Part shown: in pieces, positions 10,496 through 22,805 of the stretch
How positions within the stretch are numbered: position 1 is the stretch's first letter
How the letters are laid out: the number at the start of each line of letters is the position of its first letter
From: Eledone cirrhosa
Lineage: Eukaryota
NCBI GenBank assembly: GCA_964016885.1
Contig: OZ024757.1
Coordinates: 24,428,001-24,492,000 of the forward strand
Length of the DNA: 64,000 nucleotides
Reading direction: 5' to 3'
Position numbers and translations under genes: made by a program
Notes under the pieces: model-generated
What the model saw: the letters and a program-made list of their open reading frames with translations, nothing else
Told to the model about the DNA's origin: nothing
Databases searched by the model: none

Positions 10496-12830
10496 TGGAG
10501 TTGTATTTTAACGCCCCTGATATACCGTGTATTGTGGTAGCTGTCCCTTTTCCTATGGCTGCTGTTACATCTAATGTAAGGATGGGTCTGTCTTTTAACG
10601 TCCCTTATATACAGTATATTATGGTAGCTGTCCCTCTGTACAGCCCGCTGTTACATCTATGGGTGGGTCTCTTTTTAACATTCCTGATATACAGTATATT
10701 GTGCTAGCTGTCCCTTCATATGGCCCCTAATTACATCTGATATAATGTTGGGTCTGTCTCTACCTCCATACGGCCCACAGCTGTAGCATATAAAAAGGTG
10801 GACCTTTCTTATAACGTCCCTGATATACAGTGGTAGCAGCCCCTCTGTACATCCCACAGTTACATCTATGGGTGGGCCTGTCCTTATATAGAGTATATTG
10901 TAATAGCTACCCCTCCATACGGGCTATAGTTATATCTAAAGATGGTTCTGTCATTTAACGTCCCTGATATACAGTATATTGTGGGAGCTGCCCACTGTTA
11001 CAGCTAATATAATGTCTGTCCGTCCGTCTATCTTTACAACCCACAATTACATCTAATGTAAGGATATGTCTGTCTTTTAACGTCCCTTATATACAGAGTA
11101 TTGTGGTAGCTCTCCCTCCATACGGTCTATAGTTATATCTAAAGATGGCCTGTCTTTTAACACCCCTCATATACAGTGTATTGTGGTAGACGTCCCTCTA
11201 TACGGCAGCTGTTACATCTAAGTTTGGGTCTGTCTCTCGCTCCGTACGGCCCACAGTTGCAGCTTATAAAAGGTTAGGCCTGTCTCTTAACATCCCAAGA
11301 ACTGGGGTCATCTGTCAATGGCACACTTTACCCTTCCCCTGTGTCCACACCCTTAAACCTGTAATCCATCAATACGGCCCACAGTTGCAGTTATAAAAAG
11401 GTGAACCTGTCTTTTAACATCCCAAGAACTGGGTTCATGTGTCAATGGCACACATTACCGTCCCCTCCCCTTTGACAACACCCTTAAACCTGGAATCCAT
11501 CGAGGTATGTATTGGTCACATATTGTGATAACTGTCCCTCTATACGGCAGCTGCTACTTCTAAGGGTGTGTTTGTCTTTTAACGCCCCTGATATCCAGTA
11601 TATTGTGGTAGCTGTCCCTCTAGACGGCCCACAGTTGTAGCTTATAAAAAGATGGACCTGTCTTTTAATGTCCCTGATATACAGTGGAAGCAACCCCTCT
11701 GTACATCCCACAATTTCATCTAATATAAGGATGTGTCTGTCTTATAACGTCCATGCTGCCCACAGTTACATCTAATATAATGTTGGGTCTGAGACACGGT
11801 CACTCGGCCCAACTTGCCTCTAAATGAGACAAACGATGATATATATAGGCATAATTACGTCTTCAAGAAGATGCCTCACATCCATTCCCCTTCGGTGGAC
11901 ATAGCCTTGGCCAGCAGGTGCTGATGTCACTCCGCCGTGTTCTACGTTCATTGGGACTTTTGACCCTCAACCGTATCACCCTCTCGCTGGTGGGTCAGCA
12001 GTGGTGGCCAAATTACTACCCATTATCGCCACCAAGCTTCCAGCTTATCCCCTCTCTCCTGCTCCAAAGCCAACAGGAGGCCTTTTCTGCGAACTGCAGC
12101 CTTCTTCTCTCGTCCTGCCATTCCACTGAGCCGAAAATTTCATGCAGCCCACCTCGACTGCAAATAGCCATACCTGCGAACCTTTTTCTCGTTACACTCC
12201 AGCACAGCTTCTTGTAACTTGGTCCTCCTGTCACGAACGCCTATAGGTAGTTGAGATTGATCCTGGGCAGGCGATGGCCCTTCATCCTAGAGACGTGCCC
12301 TGCCCAGCGTATTTAGGAGTTCAGCTTCGTCTTTAATCTTCCACGCGTTAGTACAGTCTACCAAATTCACTGCTGTCCCTTCTAATATAAGGGTGTGTTT
12401 GTCTTTTAACGTCCCAGATATAGAGTATATTGCTGTAGCTGTCCCTCCATACATCAGCCGTTTCATCTAATATAAGGTCTGTTTGTCTCCGTCTTTTAAT
12501 GTCCCTCATATACAGTATATTGTGGTAGCTGGCTCCTCTCTACATCACACAGTTACATCTATGGGTGGGCCTCTATTTTAACGTCCCTGTTATACAGTGT
12601 TAGCTGTTCCCCCACACGGCCCTCAGTTACATGTAATATAACAATGGGTCTGTATTTTAATGTCCCTGATATACAGTATATTGTGGTAGCTGTCCCTCCA
12701 TACGGCGGCTTATAAAAGGTTAGGCCTGTCTCTTAACATCCCAAGAACTGGGGACATCTGTCAATGGCACACTTCACCCCTCCTCTGTGGCCACACCCTT
12801 AAACCCGGAGTCCATCAAGGTACGTATTAA
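10495..12830. repeat. Degenerate 81-bp satellite blocks with a third RTE/Hero-like remnant (11846-12375)
   Basis: ~11010-11800 duplicates ~8930-9720 (offset 2077; identical ORFs 9407 and 11484); ORF 12016-12234 has AEKASCWLWSRRE. Confidence 0.85.
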
Positions 12831-13631
12831 GTCACATTTGTATCTATATTTTTAATTATTCGTTGTTAAAATATATGTAAACGGAATAAATGGAAGTAAT
12901 TCAGGTGTGAATATATTTTTTATTAGAAAATTGTTAATGTGTTGCTGTGTTGTTACGGGGTGTAGTTATGGTTTAAAATCGAAAACCGATGTTTATTGTC
13001 TTATGGATCGTTGGGTGACTGTACAGACAGTACATATGTCAGTTCCTGCCTCCTTTGGTGACTGTACAGGTAGTACATATTTCAGTGGAAAGTGTGTGTA
13101 TCACACCTCATTCTCCTTCCAGGACTGAGAACACCCAAGTTAAATTTCCTCCCCCTCTCGAAGGCTCAATGTCCTCTCTGGCTTGTAAGATCTTCTCTGT
13201 GGCTAACGCTCGCTTAGGGGGCAAAGGCATGTAGTGTATGTACAGGTCGCCAAAAAAGCGGTTAAAAGAGTCTAACCTGTATAATCTTCTATGGTTATCG
13301 CTCGAATGTAAACAAAGCTGGCTACCCTCTCACGTCTAACTTGCGTCTCTATCGCAACATCTTGTAGACATCAAAGGGTCCTGAATTGTAGAAAGGGTCA
13401 CCATCGAACTTCGATAAACCCCCATAATTAAACTCCCTAAACAATCCGTTGGCAGACATCGAAAACCCCGTCTTCGCAGCACCACCAATGCATTAATAAT
13501 TGTCTTATGAAAAAAATATTTGAATCCAGAATTACTTCCCTTTGTTCCGTTTGCATATATTAATTTTTTTTTGATCAAAATTTTTCCAAAGTAGGCATAA
13601 GTACCACTATTTAACTCAGTAGAATTGCGGC

Positions 13632-13783
13632 CTTCGCGGTGGCGTGCGAACTGCGTCTCGTTCTACCAGTCCCCCTGTCTGGCGTTCGATTCGTAGTGGC
13701 GTACGATTGCATAGGCCTGGGACTATTCGGGGCCGGCACATAGATGCAAGGCCCGTCCCTGACCACCGTGAAGAATTCTTTTT
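13632..13783 (+). ncRNA. Candidate structured small RNA (Pol III-like), family unknown
   Basis: CpG-rich island; terminal stem cttcgcggtgg/ccaccgtgaag; internal stems agtccc/gggact, tcgta/tacga, gggcc/ggccc; B-box-like gttcgattc at 13684; TATTTAA at 13608; T5 at 13779-13783. Confidence 0.3.
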
Positions 13784-13796
13784 CAAAATTTCAATA

Positions 13797-14100
13797 ATAT
13801 GCAAATGAGTTTGAAGTTCATTTACATATTAGAAGAATTATATTTAAAAGAATCTTAATATATATATAGAGAATCTTAATTACACTCTTGAAGCTTCATT
13901 TACATATCTAATTTGCTCATTTGCATATTATAAGAAATTTCCTAGAAATATACTAGTGAGAATCTTAATTACATTTTTGAAGGCTCATTTGCATATTAGA
14001 AGAAATTTTTTAGAAATATATTGGTGAGAATCTTAATTACATTTTTGAAGGCTCATTTGCATATTAGAAGACATTTTAAGAAGAACCTTGGAGGTTAATT
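13797..14100. repeat. ~68-bp repeats each carrying an octamer (ATTTGCAT/ATGCAAAT) or a variant
   Basis: atgcaaat at 13799; ctcatttgcatatt near 13916, 13984, 14052; atttacatat variants near 13820 and 13898. Confidence 0.75.
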
Positions 14101-14990
14101 ACATTCTTGGAAGACAGTTGAATTTGAACCTTCTTAACTTAGTTTCTATATAAAGAGACTGTTTAGATTCTTAAAACCCACAATTTCACTTACATTCTTG
14201 GAAGACAGTTGGATTCGAACCTTTAAACTTAGCTTCTATATAAAGAGACTTTAGATTCTTAAAACCCACAATTTCACTTACATTCTTGGAAGACAGTTGG
14301 ATTCGAACCTTCTTAACTTAGATTCTTAAAACCCACAATTTCACTTACATTCTTGGAAGACAGTTGGATTCGAACCTTCTTAACTTAGATCCCACAATTT
14401 CACTTACATTCTTGGAAGACAGTTGGATTCGAACCTTCTTAACTTAGATTCTTAGAACCCACAATTTCACTTACATTCTTGGAAGACAGTTGGATTCGAA
14501 CCTTCTTAAAACCCACAATTTCACTTACATTCTTGAAAGACAGTTGGATTCGAACCTTCTTAACTTAGATTCTTAGAACCCACAATTTCACTTACATTCT
14601 TGGAAGATAGTTGGATTCGAACCTTAGAATCTTCTTACTACATTTTGACTCTTAGATTCTAACCCTTGATACTTCTTACTTAGATTCGAACCTGAGATAC
14701 TTTCTTTACATTTTTGATACTTAGAACCCTTGATGTAACTACGTTTTTAGAGGACTGTTGGATTCGAACCCTCAATGATACTTTCTACATTGTTGACAAT
14801 CTTTATTGATACTTACTTTCATTCCCTTGATGGTACTTACTATTTTGGACGACTGTTAGATTCGAACCCTTCATGGTTCTTTCTTTAAATTTCTTTTCTA
14901 TTTTCTTAGATTCGAACCATTGAAGACACCGTCTACATCGTTTATTGGACAACCATTTTTGGAGCGACTGTTGGATTCGAAACCTTGATG
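14101..14990 (-). repeat. Variable-length (~55-90 bp) tandem array containing the tRNA B-box GGTTCGAATCC
   Basis: acattcttggaagacagttggattcgaacc repeated about 7 times to 14625, then degenerate gattcgaacc copies to ~14985. Confidence 0.85.
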
Positions 14991-16584
14991 AGGCTGTTTA
15001 AAATATGTTTTACCTTCGTACCAGGAATAAATAAACAACACAATAAAGTATATGATACAATTGTTTTATTACAAACTTATTTCATTCTTCAGAACACTTG
15101 TGTGGCTGGACATCTGTAAAGAAGAATTAAACAATATTTCGCGTGTATTTAAATACATTTTTTGTCAATAAAAACACATTGAATTCTATTTTACGAAGTT
15201 ATTTATTATTATTGATGTTCAAAATTAATTGAAAAAACAATAAAATATATGTAACATACATATATCAGTTTTAACGCGATATTAACTCCGGCGCAAGGCA
15301 AGAAGATAACGTTCCCCCATCGAGAGACAGGAAGATGGTGAACAGCTAGACTTATTGTGTGCACTTCGTAAAGATTGCAAGGAAGAGCAACAAACCTTGA
15401 TTCGACAGCAGACAGGAATGAACTTAATCGAAACCATCAAGAAAGGCAAACATAGATGGGCTGGTCACGTCTCCTCAGAGTGGACACCAAGGTACCGGAG
15501 AAGAACCAGTATGTGTTAGCAACAACTATTAGTGATAGAGTGGACACCAGGGTACTTATGATCGTAAGTCCAAGTCACCACTAATGGAAGAATTAATTAC
15601 TGAAGTTTCACATGGAGTGTGACATGACTGACTTAATTACAGGTACAGACACACATTGTTAAGATGAAAACAAAACTTGTGTATAGAATTAAATACGGGA
15701 GATAAGATTTCCCCCATCGACAAAGTCAAATGGGAGAAAGAGGGTTTAAAACATAGATGGTGAACAGCTGGACTTATTGTGTGTACCTCGGAAAGATTGC
15801 AAGAGGTGGGCAGTTTTTGGAATAGACCCGCAAGTCTACAATCGAAACTACCGTGTTCGATTGCTGCTAGTGAGTTAGATCTGGAGAGGAAGACAACCAC
15901 ACAGTGATAGGGAGAAATAGTCGACAGAAGGATTTGATAAAGACAAAGGAACTACCACAGGAAGAAGTAGGAACAATTTTTAAACTATACTAGATACATA
16001 TTTATTAAGAAAAAATATAAATTTAATATACTGTATATCCGCAATGTATTGAAACAGGTGAGTGTATTTAATTAAGAATACGTTCACAAGAGAACAACTA
16101 GGTAGGTGTAAATAGTAGATCATACGAAGGATACTAAGAGGGAAAGATTTACAAAAATATCTCAACATAATATAAAAATCTACGTTACCTTTCAGAAAAC
16201 TGCTATTGTCCATTGCTAAACAATTTAGCAAGAGTTTCTGTAAAGCTTGTAACATTCTACAAACTGACGTTACCTTTCAGAAAACTGCTATTGTCCATTG
16301 CTAAACAATTTAGCAAGAGTTTCGGTAAAGCTTGTAACATTCTACAAACTGACAGCCATTTTTTTTTCTGGTTTTGGATGGAGTTGAATACGCAAGCGCG
16401 ATATTCACAAACCCAGTGCGCATGTTCCAAGTATCCTTGGATGAGGAGGTGAGGTTGTAGGTGAAAGTAGAACCAAGAATTTTGGGAACATACAGAGGAA
16501 GGAATTGATCGAAAAACCGAATTGAATTTACAACTGTTTTAGTTTTTACGGCCAGTATAATTCAGCTGAACATGAGTACCAGGA

Positions 16585-16715
16585 ATAGGTGGGGGTTAAC
16601 CCTGTGATGGACTGGCGGCCTGTCCAGGTGGGAGTCTTGTCCTCTCATTCGCTTTACGGGATAAGCGACAGGCCAGAGAACCTCCACATACTTTGGGGAT
16701 TTAAGTCAACAAGAC
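16585..16715 (+). mobile_element. SINE fragment with V-SINE-like domain
   Basis: aaccctgtgatggactggcggcctgtccagg; related inverted copies at ~17980-18030 and ~21700-21750. Confidence 0.55.
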
Positions 16716-19599
16716 AATCGCCGACTAATTAACAATATTAAATGGTGATTACGGTTTCAGAAAATATTTAGCACTGTTGAAGAATTGAATCAACAATTTA
16801 CAGTCTTTGATCTCAATCTTGAAATAAACATTGAAATCCACCGAAAGGTTTGCTAAAGACAGAGCTGCTACAGGGAAAACTAGGAAGAGTTTTAAAACAA
16901 AATACACTAAATATATTTCCTGTGAATAAAAAAGAAACATGTCGCATTTTATTGTTTATTTTCAACATTAATTTTGTGAATAAAAAACAAACACATAGGT
17001 TTTTCATTTTTTATTAAAATAACAATAGTGCTTAAATAAATATATTCTACATGCGCCCACCATAGATGAAAATTAAGGGCCAGTCTGTCTTGTGGTTCTG
17101 GAGCTAGGGAGGGTGGCATACTGAAACAGCCACGTGGTTCACACTTGTGGGTAGCTAACTCGCCTCGGATAGCCGTACAAAATCTCAATCACAAACGGTG
17201 GTCAATACTTTGTCATAACGAGCAGCAAAGCCTGGGCTGGTCACTGAACACACAATGTTGTCACTTGAGAAAATGTCACAACGTATGACATCTTAACCGA
17301 AAGGCCTACCCTTACGGGGCGGGAAGGTTGTCATGCCGTTAATCGATATCGATCTGTTAACAGCTATGATTACGAGAATGACAGATATACAGGTGAGAAA
17401 GTACGTTTCTCTGTCACAGTCCTCACCCCACAGGCTGGAGGGAGAGGGTTGGTAGAAATATCTCTGAGTAACTGGGTGGAACAGGACCAAAGTAGTAAAG
17501 ACTATAGCAGAGGAAGTGGAGAGGAGTTCCAGCTGGATCTGGTAGAGGAAGAACAACAAAGGTGATCTACATCCAGATTAAGTGACCCACACACAACAGG
17601 TTAACGGAGCTACGGCCCATTACAGTCTGAAATCAAATCTCGCCGAGGTTAGCTTTACCTTTCATCCTTATGTGGTCGATAAATAAAGTACCAGTAATGT
17701 ACTGAGGTTGATTTAATCGACTTCCCCCACACCCCAAATTATTAGCCTTGTGCCTAAAGTAGAAATCATTAAATTATTCAATATTTTCATTATTTTCCAA
17801 TATTGAGGCACATGGGCTGTGTATTCCATTAGAAATACGGTACCCCGAGGGGTGGTGTCTGAGAAAAAAAAAAGGCTGTTCAAATGGTTGATGATATCTA
17901 AAGTCTGTCCCAAGCTGGGAGGATCATGACGCCGGTCCTTACCCCGGTTTCCATGGTATGAAACATCTAAGAATATAAGACTACCCCCTGGACAGGGAGC
18001 TAGTCGGTCGCAGGGTTAAACCTCCAGCTACAGCTGAGTATACTGGAGCATCGAAAAATAAAATGTTTTCTCAAGAACACAACCCAGTCCAGGAATTGAA
18101 CCCACCTACCTCTAATGACGATATTATGAAGGGAACTAAAAACAAACTGATTACTCAGAATACATCAACATAAACTAAGATTCCACGTTATAATGGCCTG
18201 ACCCACCTGGTTATTTAAGACTAGTTTATATATATATATATATATATAGATGTTATTGTATGTGGAGGCGTAATGTTGGTGAGTAACCAGATTGCCGACC
18301 CTTTTGTTAAAACACCTGATAAACCCCATATGTGACGCACTCCCGGAAAACGAACATACCGAGGGTTAAAGTGCTTTAAAAACTGAAATCAATTTACAAC
18401 ACTTTTAGATATTTACCAACACCAATTTATATATATACACATATCTATACACACACGCACACATCTATACATATATATATACACACGCACACATCTATAC
18501 ATATATATATACACACGCACACATCTATACATATATATACACACATCTATACATATATATATACACACGCACACATCTATACATATATATATACACACGC
18601 ACACATCTATACATATATATACACACATCTATACATATATATATACACATGCACATATCTATACATATACACACGCACACATCTATACATATATATATAC
18701 ACACGCACACATCTATACATATATATATATATACACACGCACACATTTATACATATATATATATACACACGCACACATCTATACATATATTTATATACAC
18801 ACGCACATATCTATACAGATATGTATATCTATTTACATATATAATATAGATATCCATAAAACAACTCTTGGACCCGCTGGAAGATGTGTTTGACAAGTCT
18901 GCTTCCACGACCCTCTCGGGAGACACGGGCATTGTGTGCAGAGGACCTGCACAGATTGGAAAGGAACGAAGCATGCATGCTCCGTTGCATGTGTAATAGT
19001 AATATACGTGAACGGCAAAACATAAACGAACTAAGTGAGAAATTGGGAATAAGAGGGATCTGGAATATCTATGAACAAACAAAACAGCTTCGTTCGTCTG
19101 ACATGAGACAGAGAAATGAATTTCTGAGAAAATTATTCCACCTGGGACCACAAAAACACACCATAATACATGTTATTAAAGACCACCATATGAAAACAAG
19201 GGTAAAGCTAAATTACACCAACTAACATTTGTATTGAATAAGTTTGTAGTATCTGGGGCTGACAACGAACCTCTATCGTTGTTGGGGGGTTGGTTTTACT
19301 AAAATATTACACAATGGCTTTCGGGGGAGTCGGGCTCCCATTTGTAAAGTTAGTTGTAATGTCTACATTTTTATTAGTTATATATTAAATAACCTTACAA
19401 ATGGGAGTGAAAATATAAACACATGATGTATATAAATAAATTTACAGTAGAATAACATAACGAATATGCTTTAAATATATACATAAATAACATTACAAAT
19501 TGCTCGCGATTCTGTCAGAAAGATATATTCTTTTAATGTTGCAATATTAAAGAAAATAAAGGAAGGGGTGAACAACGTAACCAAGAGTACTGGGCAACC

Positions 19600-19775
19600 T
19601 CTCTAATGAGTTTTGAGGCAAGCCAGCACACTGGCAGTATTGCCTCGGGTGACGGCCAGGCTGAGGTGCTGGAACATCCAAGCGCCCTCGCTATTAGGGG
19701 AGCCGTCAGTGAAGAGAGGAAACTCGCAGTCAGCAGGCCGACTCCCCCAAAACGTCTCGAAAGCTACAAAACGGG
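19600..19775 (-). mobile_element. CRE-type RLE C-terminal fragment (truncated duplicate at 21918-22020)
   Basis: Minus strand reads VAFET..GVGLLTASFLSSL and, after a frameshift, EGAWMFQHLSLAVTRGNTASVLA. Confidence 0.7.
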
Positions 19776-20639
19776 GAATAAAATTTTAATATAACACAAT
19801 ACTAATAAATGTACATATTACAGTACCTTAGTTTCATTGTTACCTGCAGCAATGTCGTCAATTTTATTTTTTTTTGGCTTGCCATTAAAAATATTTAGAA
19901 GGGAACGATAATATTTTCTGGGGGGGTGTCTTGTGACGTTGGGAATTTTTACTTTCCCTTATTTCTATAATTAATTCCTCTCTCTCTCTTCATTAGTAAA
20001 TAATTGTTTCATTAGCAAATAATATTAGATAATAGACATTGTTGATATAGAAAATAAGGTTTTATGTTCCGTCAAACTCAAATTTACCGGTCTTCTTCAC
20101 AACACGTGCTATCTTGCAAAGTTAACCACACATTCTCAGTCACGTTTTCGTATTTCCGCAGTGAACATTTTTAATTAGTTCAATTAATATGGAATAAAGT
20201 TTATTAAACAAATTTCTATTCAATTATGTAATTAAATTACTTAATAAAATTAAGTAACGAAATTGAGGAAGCAGCCAATCCTAGACAGTGGTGGCCATAA
20301 CTGGACCCCGAAACCAATTAACAATATTAAATGGTGATTACAGTTTCAGAAAATATTTAGCACTGTTGAAGAATTGAATCAACAATTTACGGTCTTTGAT
20401 CTCAATCTTGAAATAAGCATTGAAATCCACCGAAAGATTTGCTAAAGACAGCTGCTACAGGGAAAACTAGGAAGACTTTAAAACAAAATACACTAAATAT
20501 ATTTCCTGTGAATAAAAAAGAAACGTGTTGCATTTTATTGTTTATTTTCAACATTAATTTTGTGAATAAAAAACAAGGACATAGGTTTCTCATTTTTTAT
20601 TAAAATAACAATAGTGCTTAAATAAATATATTCTACATG

Positions 20640-21000
20640 CGCCCACCATAGATGAAAATTAAGGGCCAGTCTGTCTTGTAGTTCTGGAGCTAGGGAGGAT
20701 GGCATACTGAAACAGCCACTGCACCTCACGTGGTTCACACTTGTGGGTAGCCAACACGCCTCCGATAGTCAGGCGGGGGACAAGAACACTGGAATTCTCC
20801 ACTGCCAAAATCTCAATCACAAACATATCAAAGGGTGGTCGATACTTTGACATGACGAGCAGCAAAGCCTGGGCTGGTCACTGAACACACAATGTTGTCA
20901 CTTGAGAAAATGTCACAACGTATAATATCCTATCCGAAGGGCCTACCCTTACGGGGCGGGAAGGTTGTCATGCCGTTAATCGATATCGATCTGTTAACAG
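20640..21000 (-). mobile_element. Degraded CRE-type RLE fragment (duplicate at ~17050-17360)
   Basis: SKYRPPFDMFVIEILAVENSSVL...CEPREVQWLFQ aligns by eye to ORF 4308-4601; the upstream NGMTTFPPRKGRP resembles the RPDG..PW..GR motif. Confidence 0.65.
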
Positions 21001-22805
21001 CTATGATTACGAGAATGAGACATACAGGTGAGAAAGTACGTTTCTCTGTCACAGTCCTCACCCCACAGGCTGGAGGGAGAGGGTTGGTAGAAATATCTCC
21101 CTACAATCTCATGAAATATCTCTGAGTAACTGGGTGGAACAGGACCAAAGTAGTAAAGACTATAGGAGAGGAGGTGGAGAGGAGTTCCAGCTGGATCTGG
21201 TAGAGGAAGAACAACAAAGGTGATCTACATCCAGATTAAGTGACCCACACACAACAGGTTAACGATAGCCAGGTGGTTTTATTATTAAATTCCTTGACGG
21301 CGGTGTATTGGCAGTATCGGTAGAGCGTCGGACAATATGCTTTACAGTCTGAAATCAAATCTCGCCGAGGTTAGCTTTACCTTTCATCCTTATGTGGTCG
21401 ATAAATAAAGTACCAGTAATGTACTGGAGGTAGATTTAATCGACTTCCCCCACACCCCAAATTATTAGCCTTGCGCCTAAAGTAGAAATCATTAAATTAT
21501 TCAATATTTTCATTATTTTCCAATATTGAGGCACATGGGCTGTGTATTCCATTAGAAATACGGTACCTCGAGGGGTGGTGTCTGAGAAAAAAAAATGGCT
21601 GTTCAAATGGTTGATGATATCTAAAGTCTGTCCCAAGCTGGGAGGCTCATCACGCCGGTTCTTACCTCGGTTTCCATGGTATGAAACATCTAAGAATATA
21701 AGACTACCCCCTGGACAGGGAGCTAGTCGATCGTAGGGTTAAACCTCCAGCTACAGCAGAGTATACTGGAGCATCGTGAAATAAAATGTTTTCTCAAGAA
21801 CACAACCCAGTCCAGGAATTGAACCCACCTACCTCTAATGACGATATTATGAAGGGAACTAAAAACAAACTGATTACTCAGAATACATCAACATAAACTA
21901 AGATTCCTGAGGTGCCATAACATCCAAGCGCCCTCGCTATTAGGGGAGCCGTCAGTGAAGAGAGGAAACTCGCAGTCAGCGGCCCGACTCCCCCAAAACG
22001 TCTCGAAAGCTACAAAACTGGGAATAAAATGTTTATATAACACAATACTAATAAATGTACATATTACAGTACCTTAGTTTCATTGTTACCTGCAGCAATG
22101 TCGTCAATTTTTTTTGGCTTGCCATTAAATATATTTAGAAGGGAACGATAATATTTTCTGTAGCGATGTGTAATTGGGGGTGTCTTGTCACGTTGGGAAT
22201 TTTTACCTTCCCTTACTTCTATAATTAATTCCTCTCTCTATATATATATATATCTTCATTAGCAAATATTAATAGATAATAGACATTGTTGATATAGAAA
22301 ATAAGGTTTTATGTTCCGTCAAACTCAAATTTACCGGTCTTCTTCACAACACGTGTTATCTTGCAAAATTAACCACACATTCTCAGTCACGTTTTCGTAT
22401 TTCCGCAGTGAACATTTTTAATTAGTTCAATTATTATGGAATAAAGTTTTAAAAAATTTCTATTCAATTATGTAATTAAATTACTTAATAAAATTACATA
22501 ACGAAATTGAGGAAGCAGCCAATCCTAGACAGTGGTGGCCATAACTGGACACAGAAATAAAAGGTTGCGCATACATTATAAGTGTATGAAATTTAAAATA
22601 TTTATATCTTTATATATATAATTCAGGCTGTTTGTTTGTTTACAAACAAACAAACCGAGCATTATAATAAATGTTCGGTAAACCGATACGTGCATATATA
22701 ATTTTTACTTATTCCTAATTAAACAATTTTTCACTGGGAACAATTTGTCAGCATTTTCTTTTCCTTTTACCTATATATATATATATATATATATATAGTA
22801 TATAC

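Larger units (their letters stand above)
16727..22550. repeat. Tandem segmental duplication (16727-20307 vs 20317-22550; second copy lacks ~18185-19673)
   Basis: Paired ORFs 16749/20402 and 17713/21436; near-identical blocks 19674-20307 and 21918-22550. Confidence 0.9.

Noticed and set aside
13700-13740. 5S rRNA-derived sequence
   Set aside because: Only a short resemblance (gcctggga) to the 5S 3' end; the rest does not align by eye.
14101-14990. tRNA gene cluster
   Set aside because: Only the B-box/T-loop motif is present; no A-box, anticodon arm or acceptor stem.
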